Part shown: in pieces, positions 37,856 through 51,400 of the stretch
Position numbering within the stretch: the stretch's first letter is position 1
Layout: each line of letters begins with the position of its first letter
NCBI GenBank assembly: GCA_013239625.1
Contig: MU053810.1
Location: 5,116,071 to 5,180,070, forward strand
Reading direction: 5' to 3'
Length of the DNA stretch: 64,000 bases
Source: Lama guanicoe
Taxonomy: Eukaryota
Position numbers and translations under genes: made by a program
Notes under the pieces: model-generated
Databases searched by the model: none
What the model saw: the letters and a program-made list of their open reading frames with translations, nothing else
Told to the model about the DNA's origin: nothing

Positions 37856-40800
37856 CTATAACTTTTTAAATGTATTTTAAAATTTAAATGTATTTTTTTC
37901 ACTTTAAATTTAGTATGTATAAGTTATTTTATATTGGAAAATATGGAGAAATAGAAATACAATATAAAGGCATTTTAAACATGTTTGGTGTCTTCCAGTT
38001 TTGTGATTCTGTCAAGTTTATCTTACATGGTTGTGACTAAATACTTACTCTGCGATGCCATGTTTCTCTGCTTCATACTCTGAGTAAAATAAACATATAA
38101 CACACGTGTTTTTCCATGATATAACAAACTCTTTATAAATAGCACTTGAAATGGCAATGCCATCATTTATTTTATCATTCCCCAATATATTTTCATTACT
38201 TCCAAATTTTTATTTTATAAAAATATATAAATAACTATGTTTGTAATAAAATATTTATATGCATTTTAACTATTTCTGGAGGATAAATTCTCTAGAAATG
38301 GAATTTCTAAATTATAGGGTGTAAATATTTTAAGGCTCTTGAAACATAGTTCTAAATTTAGCTTGCAATATTAATATATTTCTTCAATGGAAAATGATAG
38401 TAAATTTCATGGGCTTTTTAACTGAACATGAACACAGTTTTATTGCATAAACACTTTGAGGTTTGAGTGAAGAGAATTAGCCAACATATGTTAAAAGCTT
38501 AGTAACTGGAACTAATAAGAAAAGTCAGTTTGAATTTGTGATTAATTTTTAACTATAGACTCCTTTAAAACAATGTGCTTTTATTGTTTTTAGCCCATAA
38601 AGTAATACCTAGACTAATGAAAAGTTTATGGTACTCTGTCTTAGGCTTCTTGGCTCCAAGTCAGGCAGACTCAGCTTTAAAATCAGACTCCACCACCCAC
38701 CACCTGACCTTGGGCAAGTTTTTTTTTTTTTTTTTAACATTTCTGCCTTATTTTCTGCATCTGTTCAATGAAGATATATTAGTTCCTAGTTCTTAGGGTT
38801 ACCCTGAGACTTAAATAAAATAATGTGTTCAGAGTACCAAGCACTTAAGCAATACACAGTACAATTTATCTATTATTAAAAAAAATTTTTAAATGGAATT
38901 CCTAGTCAATTAGAATTTCTGCATTAATAAACAGATCAGTTGAAAAGTTTTAAATAAGCCTACAATCTCCAAAAGTTTCTTCATGTAAATAAGCTAACAT
39001 TTTCCATCAAATTATATTTGCTGTGTTACCAACTTTACATTTATATACATATAAACTTTATGTATATGTCATGTATGTAAAACAAAAGAAAAGCCTCTGT
39101 ATAATCAGTAAAAATAGTGATGGATTCTGAATTACTTAAGAGGTCTAGTTTTTACTTATTGCTTTATGTTTTTTTATTGTACGTTAGAAAGAAAAAAATG
39201 AGGCTGATTTAATGCTCTCCATGTTTGGAAACTGAAGGATAACAATAAAAGCTAACTTCAAAATTAATGAAAACACTTCAAATAAGATTCCATCAAACAT
39301 AAATACATTTATAATCTCAATATTTATAACTTACACCTGAGGAACAAGTATAAATGGATCAAATTTTAAAAACCACAATATTTTTCTAAGTGTCTCTGTA
39401 AGGAGCGACTGGGGAAAGTCTTTTAGTGAAAAGTTGTCCCTTAGGGCAGAAGTGGGCACTGCGTTAGTATTTGGGTGAAGCCGTGTTCTATTTCTACAGG
39501 CCATTTTAGATGATATTTTGTTACTGAAGTCTGTGGTTTCCTTGCTTTAGCAGTCACTTTATCTCATATTCTACACTATTTCCTAGCTCAGCAAAGCTAT
39601 CATGATCCATTTGATCTTGAAGCCCAGGCCAACTTTGTCATTATTGAAACTTGTCTCTTGGCTTGAGAAATAACCTTTAGATTCTCTTTGGTTCATACTA
39701 AACCCACATAGCCTACAACCCTAAAAGTCGCACACGTGAGAAATTTTCAGCACATCTTTAAGATCATTTAAAGGAATAGGAGACCAGAAAAATCTAGTTG
39801 GGATGGTAAGGCCAAATGTGTAACCAAGAAATAATTTTTCTCACTCTAGGATTGATGTCATTGGCTTTTTATTCTCAGATTTTTCAGCATGTTCAGCACA
39901 ATAAGTCACAGACTATAGACCCAGGTTACCTTTTACAGAAAATAAAGGAATGAGAGATGACTCAGGCGTCTCTGTGGGTCTGTGGATTTTGCCAAAGCTT
40001 AAGTTTTACAGACACATTGTCTCAAAAATCATAAATGTCACACCTGGACCTTGTAGTCATTACCTTTTCACCTTCATAGTCAAGTCCTTTTACTTTTTTT
40101 TAAATTGAGGTACAGTCAATTACAATGTGTCAATATCTGATGTTCAGCACAATGTCCCAGTCATGCATACACATACATACATTTGTAAGTCCTATTACTT
40201 TTTATACTATGATTTTTTGGTACCTGTGGCCTTTCTTCATTTTTTCGCTACATTTCTTTTTTTAAGTCTTAAAACTAGTTTGTGTTTCTGAGTTCTTGCT
40301 TTTGGCATACTTCTTAGATTCAGTCCAGTTGTCTAATAAACAGGATTGAATTTTTTAAAACAGCAGACTTTTAAAAATGATAAATACTGAGAATGGATGT
40401 TGTAGTTGTCATTTAGGTAGCTGTTCAGAAACCATTTTGTGTTAATTTGGAAAACCTGAAACATAAGTTTCCAATCATTCTTCTTATTCTTAGAAAGAGA
40501 GAAATTTTAAGTTTTTCCCCCTCAAATCTTCCACATTTTCTTCTTATAAAAAAATAAAATAAAAAGGGAAACTCTGGCCTTAAAAATCAAACCGTGAAAA
40601 ATGATGTAAAATAGTAGACAAGCAAAAATTCTCAAAATCCAGTTTGCCTTTGCATAATGAGAAAAATAGAGAAAGAAGACAGTGGAAATAATTACCTAAT
40701 CCCAGTCTATGAACTTGTGAAAATTAATGGAGAATTCAGGGTAGATGTTCCCTTTCCACCTGTCTAAAGCTCTAGAGAACACTGTGCTGAGACTCCCAAG

Positions 40801-40868
40801 GTTTTGAAGGCTGTGCCAGTAGAGGTGCCCAGGTATACAAATTCTGTACATTCTACTTGATTTTAGCC

Positions 40869-41089
40869 TGAGGCTTCTCAACCTAAGAAGTACTGACGTT
40901 TCAGGCCAAATAAGTCTTTTGTGGTTTGGGCTGTTCTGTACATTTTGAATGTTTAGCAGCATCCTTGACTTTTACCTACTAGAAGCCAGTACCACTCCCA
41001 ACTGTGGTAATAAAAACATCTCTAGAAAGTGTCAAATGTCCCCTTGGAGGGGAGGAAGGGACAAAAATCATTTCCAGTTAGGAATTACT
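40869..41089. mobile_element. MER20 (hAT-Charlie) DNA transposon
   Basis: ttctcaacc start, tgtttagcagcatcc, gtcaaatgtcccct, and ccagttaggaattactg end. Confidence 0.8.
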
Positions 41090-43319
41090 GTCCTAGAATA
41101 ATAGCTCTGATGCTGGCCTCAACTGTTTCTACTGTATTCTGAAGAGATAAAGGAAAAGGTTTGGCTGATAGCCAACAGGTCAATAGCCAGTTAGTCTATA
41201 GCTCTCTCTCTGTGGAGTAATGTGAGAAAAGTTTATGGGAGAGTGTTCTTTCTTTCATGCTTTCTAGAATAGAGAAACGTAACCAAAATAAAGAAAACAT
41301 TGTTTATGTTTCAAACACAGAGAAACACATATCAAAGTTCAGGTCAAAAAGCAAAACCAAAACTTGGTTTCTACACTTTTTTTTTTGTTATGGACTCAAT
41401 CATTTTTCATTTTCTCTTAGTCCTTCAAAATAGGAATTTGAGTTTCTAATATTAATAGACTTCTAGCTTTCATTAATATTATTTCCAACTCATATTAAAA
41501 AAAAAAAGGTGAGTGTAAGGGGAGGCTGAGTGACATACTGAAGACTGCCCAACATATGGTATTTTAAATTGATGAGGCATATGGCAGGATTCGGAAGTGA
41601 GCTTCTCTTCTTAGACCTGTCTTTAATACAGAGCCACCCATGCGAAGTCACAGCACTGCAGTCTGTGCCCTGCCTCTACCACTTACCATGTGACCTTGGG
41701 ACTCACGACCTTGAGATTCATTTCCTCCATGTGAAAAATGAGAACGGCCATGATTCTCTGGAGTGATTGTTGTGATGATTATATTCATATCGGGATATAT
41801 GCTACTTGCATTATTCTACTTCCCCTCACTCCCCTTCCTTCCTCTCTGCTGTATCTATTCCTCACACACACCCAGGCCCTCAGAGGCCACAGCCCTTACA
41901 TACTTGCTCAGCCCCAAATTCAGAGTCCCAGCAGTGCAGAGGGCTTGCCAACATATATCCAGGTTTTTTAGAAAACTGAGACTGCGTGCTTCATAAAATT
42001 AACCAAGAGCACTTTCAATTTCTTACTACTTAAAATTGTTTTGTAAAATTGCCAAATGCTTAGATGTCTATGAGTATAAAAAATCAGGTTCTCCATAAAA
42101 ATAATCACTAAAGTCTTAGCACTGGGGCAGGAGGAATACTAGAGGTCGTCTGGTCCAGTGAGGACTCTCGACCTCCTAGTCACCGTGCTTTTACTGATGG
42201 TTACTCTGCCCTTTGCAGGCACCCCATCTCATTTTTGAGAAGTTCTAATTACCGGAAAGCTCTGATTCTGCCTTACCAGTATCTTTTGGGTTTTCTTCTG
42301 GAACAACAGGGGTTGCATCTCCTTCCTCATTCACTAATGAGCTACACAGCTGTTGTCAAGTCACAGGTCTACAGATTTGCTACATTTAAAGACTTGATAT
42401 GTGAATTTATGAAAAACAGAGTCATGAAAGTAATTCTACAGGTGCACAACCACCTGAAACCTAGCCTCACTTCTTGTACTGAGTGGGGGTTGTGCAACTT
42501 GGAAAACTACAGAACTCCCAGGGATCTGAACCTTCAGATAAAATGTTTACAATGAGTCTGGACATCAAAACTTCAGCATAAGAGAGCTCACCGTCAGAGA
42601 AAGTGAGTAACATTTGTTTTTGAATGGTATTGGCAATGGTATTCAGATACTGACTTTACAGAGGATGCCTGTAATACTTTGTCCAGAATACATTCAGATT
42701 CACAGCCTTCCTCCAGAACACTACGTGTCAAACACACTCCATGGGAAGTATCCATTGGAACCTCCACTGCACGTCCAGAAAATGGCATAAGAAACTTGAA
42801 CGTGACTCTTAGGCAATTTGCATATTGGCACCTGTGCCACCTTGGTAATTAGAGAAGGAAAAGGAACCATGTGCAAAATCCTTAACGCTTAAGTGACTAA
42901 TAAAGGAGAGACCCTGCTGCGTGTGGTATGTGCAACTTTCTCATCAACTTTGAAGGTGGTGCCAACTTTCTCTTAGAGGGTAACTGTCCCCCTACCCTTT
43001 TTCCTTCTTCCTTTTCTCCCTGTGCCTTGGGACTTTTTCTGGACACCTTCTTCTGAGACTTTGCGGCATCGGCTGAGCAGCCCCTGCTGCCAGCCTAGTT
43101 CCTGGGTACCGTTTCCATTATGTAATTTCCCTCTGTAGAACGTGCCAGCCCACCTTACATAGGCATTAACCTGGATGGACTATGGGACCAGAAAGATGCT
43201 TGGAGATTAAGTGAAGTCTTTGTGAGCTGCACGTCATTTACTGTTCAGGTGCCCGAGTGCATGCCTCTGTTTGTGGGCATCCACACTCTCCTCTATCAAC
43301 ACTTCCACTGCCAATCAGT

Positions 43320-43505
43320 AACGGTGAGATGTTGGACAATTACCTAAACCTCTCTGTGCCTCAGTTTCCCTATGGCTAGAAGAGGAGGAAAATCATACTT
43401 AACCACAATCACAAGGTTATTATGAGCATTAAGTGGATTTATCTGAGTTAGGCACTTAGAACGATAGAGACCCTGGTAACAGCTATATGTTTGCCATTAT
43501 TACTA
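43320..43505. mobile_element. MIR SINE
   Basis: ttacctaaacctctctgtgcctcagtttccc core. Confidence 0.72.
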
Positions 43506-46500
43506 TTTTGGAGAAGAAAATGTGGCAATATCTCTGTTTCTCAATCTATTGGCTATGTGTGGCTTTTAAAAGTCATGCAATAATTTAGCTTTTTTGGCCT
43601 AATTTAATAAACAGATGTGCTCTCTACTATGAACAAGACTCGCTGCTTTGCTCCCCATAACAGACCCAGAAGATTTTAGATTCTGCGAGTACGAGGCTCA
43701 GTCTCTTCCTCCACAAATTTGGAGCTTCTGTCTTCTTTTTCGGCTGTGTGTGTGCACATACGCATGTGCACACACACATACTTGCGAAAGTGGTAGAGAT
43801 GGATCCAGCTGGTCTGGACTGCCCATTCCTCTGTCATTACTCTACACAATGAAACCGTGTGATTTCTTTCATCATGTGCAGCTGGTACCACCTGGTCTGC
43901 CTTTGAGGGATGGCGTGCCCAGAAATGATGAAAGGCTTTGGCTCTTACAAATGAGAATAACTTCCAAATGGGCTGAATACTCACTGGGGAGGTAGGGCAT
44001 GAAAGATCACGAGTTCTATGTCTTTCCCTTCTTTTAGTTAAGCCCAAGTATTTCTCATTTTCTCTCACTCTTTGCTTAATTCTCCATTTAGATTTTTGAA
44101 CAAAAAATTTATGAGATGCTTTTCAGCTGTCTCACTGTGATCCTGACCCTCTTTTATGCCCTTATTTGGAAAGTAATGACACCTATTTGTATACATGTGT
44201 GCAAAATATCTATATCTATATATGCACCCATATGTTATATGTGTAATTAAATATGATATAATTATATCTATCTGTATGTATCAGCTGACTAAATAATGGC
44301 TTCACACTCAAGAGCCTAAAAGAAATCAGTTGTAGCCTAAAGATATAAGAAAATGCAGTCAAGTAACACATAATTTTTAAAAAAGACTTTAACCAGAGAC
44401 CAAGCTTCTGGTATTTCTGGCCATCAGCTACACCATCACTGGGACACCCAAAGAGTGGAAATTTATTGGTGGAAAATATTGCTACCTGGTAGATTTTTTA
44501 AACCCATATGCTACTAAGATCTTGGGCTCCCATTCCTTCTGCTTCTGATCTGGATACAGGGAGCAGGGTCCTCCCAGGCCCAGGAGGAAGAACTCTGTTT
44601 CCTTTCTCTCTGACAACAGTCATCCTGATCCAGGGCTGATGAACAAGGGAAACAGAGCCTAAGCTGAACCTGCCCGTGAGGTCTGAGGCCGTGCAAAGCT
44701 GATGTCTTGCAGAGCCAACACGGCAAACTTAGAAAGCAGCAAAGCCTTCTCCGTCCTCCACCAACCTCCTTACACAGTAGATGCTGACAACCCCTTGCTC
44801 ATCAAGCAGCTAATATCCTTCATAATATCCTTTGCTGTCCCAGTTACCCCTGAGATGCCTTACTTGGACCTACCTTGAATGGTAGAACTGCACATCCACG
44901 GCTTTTTCAGTTCCCTGTGCTGCCCTGCTCCCTCACGTGCCTTCTGACTCCTTCAATTGGGGGTCTTTCTACCATTTGGCTAATCTAATTTAGAAGTGCT
45001 CGATAAGACATGATAGTGAAACTGCAGACACTGTCACATGTGACGAGAGCAGGCAGGATGTTTGGAAGCCCATAACATCACCTAGGAATCTTGTGTCTTA
45101 CTCAGGGTTGACCTGCACATAGGGACTGCTACCTTCATCATGGCAGAGTCCATAATCACGTTTGCTGAGGATGGGGGCTATATGTGTTTAAGGTATTATG
45201 AACATTCACCCATCACAGGACTACCACATCCATAGATCTCTTTCTGTAAGTAAGCTCTGGAGAAAACTCCACACACACACAAGAAGAAAGCTAAAAATGA
45301 AAAGGAGACCATAATGCAGGCTTTTCTAATGAATACAAAAAATTATCTCTGATGTATTTGTCTCTTTGCTTTAATGAGATTGTAGCATATTATTTTTAAA
45401 GGGAAAAAATTCATAGAAGCTAAAGAATTTGAAGAAAAAGATGGAAAGTCTGTTGTTTGCAAAACACAAAGAAGAACTCTTTCAAAACTGTGGCTTAAGT
45501 GATAGTAGTAGTTACAGAAACCCTGGAACTGATTAATTTCATCATGTGGAATGACAGTTTAGGCCATTATCAACGTTTACCCTTTCTTATCATGAGCTTT
45601 CTTGGATCCTTCCCTAAGGAATTCTAAAATTTCTTGAGAAACTTTTACCTCATCCTAAACTTGCATTTTCTAAGCTTGATTGCCTTAGGAAAAAAAAAAA
45701 GACTCTTTTATATCATTTTGCATAGCAACATCCCAAACACAGCAAACATGATGATGCATGGAAAACAGAAATAGTCTGGGAGAAATACAGCCATACAGAG
45801 ATAGAGCATGTGTTCCCAGAAACCACTGAGAGCTGTGTTGTTTTCCCATGACAGCTGCAGGGGCCAGACCCATCCACGCTTCTCATTTCCTCAAGCTCTT
45901 CCTCAGCAATTCTTACAAACAAAGTTTTATTTTTATTCTGAAGTCAGGTGAAAGCGGGGAAAAGAAATCAATGTTTATTGAAGGGGGAAAAAATCCTTTC
46001 AAGATGATGTGTATTCCCCTAAGGATGAGCTGCATATTTTAGAAGTATAGTAAGTATGCCCTGCTCTACAACAGTTACCATAGGAACAAAACTTTTTCCC
46101 CATTAGATGGAAGAATAATCATGGAAGTAAATTTCCACACAAATATCTAAGCTACGCAAATCAAGCATTGGTTGGGAGGCAGGCAAATCCAACAGATTGT
46201 GGATTTAGTAGGCAGGTGTTACAGGGGGAGAAGAGCTATAATGTAAGGGAAAATGTCTGCACATCTGATGATCAAACTGTAAGTTTGCTAAACTGACCAT
46301 CAAAGGGGGTGCTTTGATAACCATTGCTTTTTTAAAATTCTGCTGTAATTTCCCAGGAGGGCATCACCCCAGCTCTCAGTAGAAAGCCATGCTGAACAAT
46401 ATCAAAGAGGATTCTTACAGCCTGGTTCCTAAGAATTTATTCCGAAAAAGAGAGCAAATATGAAACACCACTGCGTAAGTGGATACGCAGGGTTCTGTGA

Positions 46501-46621
46501 GCAATGTGATGTGTTAAGTGGTGTGATGATCACAGACGCTTCCACCGTGAGCTGGATTTGAGCCAGGTTTTAAAAGAAGGGTAACATCAAGGAAGTGGTG
46601 GGATGTTTTAATAGAAGGGCT

Positions 46622-47329
46622 ACTAATATATTTCATCTGTTTTAAGACATGTATTTTTCACATTTGAGCATCTCTGAAATGAGGCTGCTTTAGAGTTCAT
46701 GGTATCTCATGGTTACTATCAACCAAGTGGCAGTGGTGATCTTTCATTATACACATCTGAGCAAATTTGGTCATTGTCACTTCAGCTGAGTTTTTCCCAT
46801 TGATGGTTCTACGCATGTTGAGTTTAACTGACATTTACAAATGGTGATACTACTTTTGTGTACACAGAAAGGCATGGGAACAGAGCAGAGTGGCAAAGAT
46901 TGATATTAGTTGAAGGATGGAGTTGTCATTAGAGGAAAGATCAATATCATCAGAACTTCATAGCCAGGAATAAAATCTCAGAGACAATATTGGAGTCCTC
47001 TTGTATGAAATGTGTTGTCAACACTCCTGACTGCGCAGAAAATGGTAAAGATGAACACTGACAATTCCGCATAGAAGAGATAAAGATGAGTCCAGTTCTG
47101 AGTGTAAACATATTTTAGGATTACCCTAACCTTAATCTTCTTATGTCACATACAAATACATTGCAGAAAAAAAATCTGCATCTTAAGTTGAGAAGAGCTC
47201 TTTCAGCAAGTATAAAATAAAACTCCTGAGTGATAAGAAAGCATTGTGACAGTTTAATCGTTGGGGTTTTTCTCTTTCTTAGAGATACATCTCACTACGA
47301 TGACATCTGAGATTTAATGAGATATAGGT
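46622..47329. mobile_element. Old TcMar-Tigger/pogo-like DNA transposon remnant
   Basis: Degenerate inverted termini tatatttcatctgttttaagac ... atctgagatttaatgagatataggta. Confidence 0.55.
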
Positions 47330-49384
47330 ATGGGAGAAGAATGAATAAGCAAAATATGATCTTAAGAACGTGCAATAGAAAAGTTCAATATATAAGGTGG
47401 AAGAGGGGGTGAATAAAACTACCAGAAAAATACTGGTTAGCAAATATAATAATTTTAGAATTAGCTTTCTCTTGAATTTGAATAAGCTATCTACAACATG
47501 TGAATTCTGATGTGACTTAAAAGAATCTAACAATCTAAAATAGTTTTTAAAAATCTATTTTAAGACAACCAGCCTCAATGTGTATATTAAAAGGGATTTG
47601 TAATAATAAAATTTTAATCTGAACACTCACTATAATTAAATTCCACTTACATGAAAAGTATGAGTCCTAAAAAATACCCAAAGAGCCATATGACAAACTA
47701 ATGCCAGATAATTAAAACATACTTAAACTTATGAGATAACACTAGAAACATACAACTAAATTATGCTAGAATAAAGCATTTTTTTGCAAAAAGGATAGTC
47801 TCTGCAAGGCCCTTCGCTTATGTTTTTGCTTTCTGAAAAATTTCCGTTTATTTAATTTTTAAGAGACAATTGTCATCAACTTGTTTGGCTAATACTGGAA
47901 TGACTAGAAATTTTGAAAACTTGGCATCGTGGCACATTCTTTTATTTTTTATGTTATAAAACACTCTTAGAAGAAACAGAGTCTTTTAAGCTTTACTACT
48001 GTATTTTAAATCCCCAAGGGGTGTGTCAAAGTGATTTTCGAAGGAATTTTGGACGAGTTTTGGATGCATTACATAAGAACTACAGCACTTTAGTGATACA
48101 GCAAGATGGTGGTCCAAATTCGAAGATAATGTTATAATTTGAAGCCTGACACGCCAGGCTCACTGTTCATACCAAGCCTACCCTATAAGGCCTTCGTGTT
48201 AGAGCTGACACCATCTTACTACGTGGGTGGCAGCTGCCTGTCATCTCAATAATTCTGAAGAAATGCCAGGGAATTTGTTTTAAAGTGTTTGTCCAGATGA
48301 AACCACATGTGGCCTCCAGGGTGCTCTGGGCCTGAAGCCTCGCCTGCTGGCTGCGGAGAGCCAGGGAGCTTATCCAGAGGAAAATCTGTCTCCTCAAAGC
48401 CAATAAAGATAAAAGAAACCCCTGTGACTCCAAGACAGCCCAGCTCATATGTGTGGGAATTGCACAAGATTAAGGTTCGTCCTTTGTGTTGGCCTCAGAA
48501 GGGCCAGGAGAGAGAAAGTAGACAGCTGCTGGGTCCTTCTGTTTTGTTGTTTTTCTTACTGAAAAAAGAAACTTTGGACCCTACTGGGGAGCAGAAGACC
48601 CTGAGCACATAAAGGCGAACTCTGGTTACTATATCCACTTAGATGATACAAGAGCCACATCGCTGGAACAGGATCCTAATATTTGGTAAAACTTCTCTTG
48701 TACTGTCACAGAAGAGAAATCATACGACTTGGCCATGCTCACAAGGCAGACTGTTTGTAAAAATTTAGACTATTGTTGTGGTTTGACTGCTTCTTGCTGC
48801 TTTTAACAAAGTCCTGTGAAAGAGAAGAACTCAGACCGTGGCGAACAGCTTGCACAGAAAGATGGGAGTGGCTAGGGTTGTGTTATGGGAGGTTCTGTGA
48901 ATGTGGCCTGCAATCTAAAGTGAATCAATGTGCAGGTTTCCTGTGTTTCTCAAGAAACACAGGAAAACAAAGGAATCAGTAGACTGAACGCAGGCCCCAC
49001 CACTAGGAAGATGAAAACAGATCTCAGATGGCTGCAGTGAATCCTGAATTCAACACGGGATGGCCGAGGACGGGGCAAGGTCCCATGTCCACGGCCCTTG
49101 TCCATCTAGAATGTACATGCAGGTGTAGCAAAAGTCAGTAAAAGCACTGCTTTCTTGATGGAACCCACAGCACTGATGGTGTGTGGCTGGTAATGGAAAG
49201 TGGGACAATAAAGCTGTTTTTACCTGAGTGCTCACACTGACTGTACGGCCCTCTCTTGGCAAAGTCTTCTGATCCCCATCAACTTGACAGAAAAAAACAT
49301 GTATCTGTCAAATTGGAGCAATTCTCCTATAGATACATGTATCTTTAAAACAAAATATTTCTTTAAAAAACCTTGTTTTCTTGG

Positions 49385-49494
49385 CTAGGGGAAGTAATTA
49401 GTTTTATTTATTTTTAATGGCAGTACTGGGGCTGAACCCAGGACCTTGTGCATGCTAAGCATTCGCTCTACACCTTGAGCTATACCCTCCCCCT
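49385..49494 (-). mobile_element. Vic-1-like SINE
   Basis: Antisense tgaacccaggaccttgtgcatgctaagc...tgagctataccctcccc. Confidence 0.85.
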
Positions 49495-49499
49495 GGATC

Positions 49500-50330
49500 A
49501 TTACTTTTATCTCATAAATACGCATATGCATAGTGTATGATTTGGAAGGTACTCTAGAGGCTGGTCCAAGGCTTGCTTCTGGGAAAAGGGGTTCAGTGGC
49601 TGTAGGAAACGGGTGTGAGGGAGACTGACTTCTCCTTTCTCACCTAGGGGTAGTTATGAATTTTGAATTTTGGACCATGTATATACATCACCTATTCACA
49701 CACACACACACACACACACAAGAGCAAAATGAAACGTAGTTTCTAACAAATTTACAAGCACGCATACCTTCTGACCTAGTTATTTCACTCCTGGGAATGA
49801 GTTTCTGCAAATATAACCAAATGTGTGAAATGATGTATGTTCAAGGTCAGTCACTGTAGCATTGCTTTTAATAGCAAATATTGAAAAAGACTTAAATGAA
49901 ATAGCTTAAATGTCCATCAACAGAGTAAAATATATTATATACATCTATAAAATTTAATACCAGACTTCCACAAAAAGGAATGAAGAACATTACGTATTGA
50001 TAAAAAATAAGCTCTAGATATTACTAACGGAAAAAGGCAAGTGTTACTGTGTGCTCTTATTTTGAGTTTTAAAAGAGAGAAATATATATGTATATGTAAT
50101 ATATACAATTAGGTGTATTTTGTGTAATATATATAGCTCATCCATATATATGCATATCCATATATATGTATATTTCCATTCATATATATATCCATGTATA
50201 TACATGCATATATTCCTTTGCTTTTATAAAATATTTCTGAAAAAGTACATAATAATTGATAACATTGGATGCCTCACGAAAGGAGAACTTGGTGGTAGAG
50301 GTTCAGGGCTGGTTTGAATACTTCTTATTC
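49500..50330. mobile_element. Old L1ME-type 3' fragments in both orientations with (CA)n/(TA)n repeats
   Basis: ttctgacctagttatttcactcctgggaat and aaatgtccatcaacagag, with low-complexity tracts. Confidence 0.55.
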
Positions 50331-51004
50331 CAAAAGAATTCTGCAAATATTTTCCACATCAACAGCATCATTTAGATGAGTGTATATCCTTGCTTCATAG
50401 ATAACATTCATCTGAATGCATAAGGCAGGTGTAAAACAAAGTGCATATATGTGTGTGTGTGTGTGTGTGTGTATCCCATCCAGTTGCATTTCCTAAAGAG
50501 GCAGCATCTTTTCAAATAAAAAGTCTGTATCTAAAGGCCAGACCTACATGTGCAGTTTTAAAAAAATTAATAAATGCATGGCCTTTTACACCAATCCTGT
50601 GAAACAATATTTTAAGTCTTCAGGAATAAGTAGTATTAACTGAGTCTGTTGCTAATTTCAGTTCTTTATCATCAAGTACATTATGTGCGAAGAAAAAATG
50701 ACCTCACTTAGTATTTTTTTATTATGAATTTTTTTTGTGGGGGTCACAGGTATTGTCTGAAAGCATAGTGGCTTTGGCATGGTCAGAGAGAATGTTCTTC
50801 TGTACTTGGAACCACTCTTTCTAGCTATAAGGATAGACTTCCTTCCTACACTCTTCTCTTCCCCTCCCTCCTGCCATCCCTCTTTCCCTCTCTCCTGTTC
50901 TCCAGTCCTTCCTTCTTCCTTTCAGCCCTAGTTTTCTAGAGAGACCTTCTACTTAAAATCCTTAGAGTGAGGAACCCCCTGTGATTGAAAACCTCACATG
51001 ACTA

Positions 51005-51400
51005 TTATTAAGAAAGTTTGCAGGACATAGCCATTAAAAAAATGACACAGCGATCAGCACCAAGATGGTGAAGAGCCAATTTCCAATAGACCCTGAGGCC
51101 CAAGATGGTGGGAGATCTGACCTCCAGTGGACCATGAGCTACATTATACACATTGTAAAGTACTAGCATGGTGAATGACACCCACATATGCCATGACAGT
51201 TCTGAAGTTAAGCATGAAAGGTCAAAGAAAGGGTGGTGGCCCAATTCCTGGGGATCCCAAAAGTAGTTGGAATAATCCTCTCACTCGTTAGCATATAAAA
51301 ACTAGCAACACTGCACCTCGTGGTCGCGCTCTCTCTTGCCTTCCAAGAAGACCTGCACTCTGTCTACAGAGTGTGTATCTACCTTTACTTTACCCTTTAC
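51005..51400 (+). mobile_element. MER41-like ERV1 LTR fragment
   Basis: Repeated ccaagatggtg, gacacccacatatgccatgacagtt, TATA (tataaaa) and a ctctgtctacagagtgtg segment, as recalled for MER41-family LTRs. Confidence 0.6.

Noticed and set aside
42590..42790. Coding-looking unique segment with short ORFs
   Set aside because: No frame gave a recognisable protein and no convincing splice pair was seen. It may be an ancient repeat.
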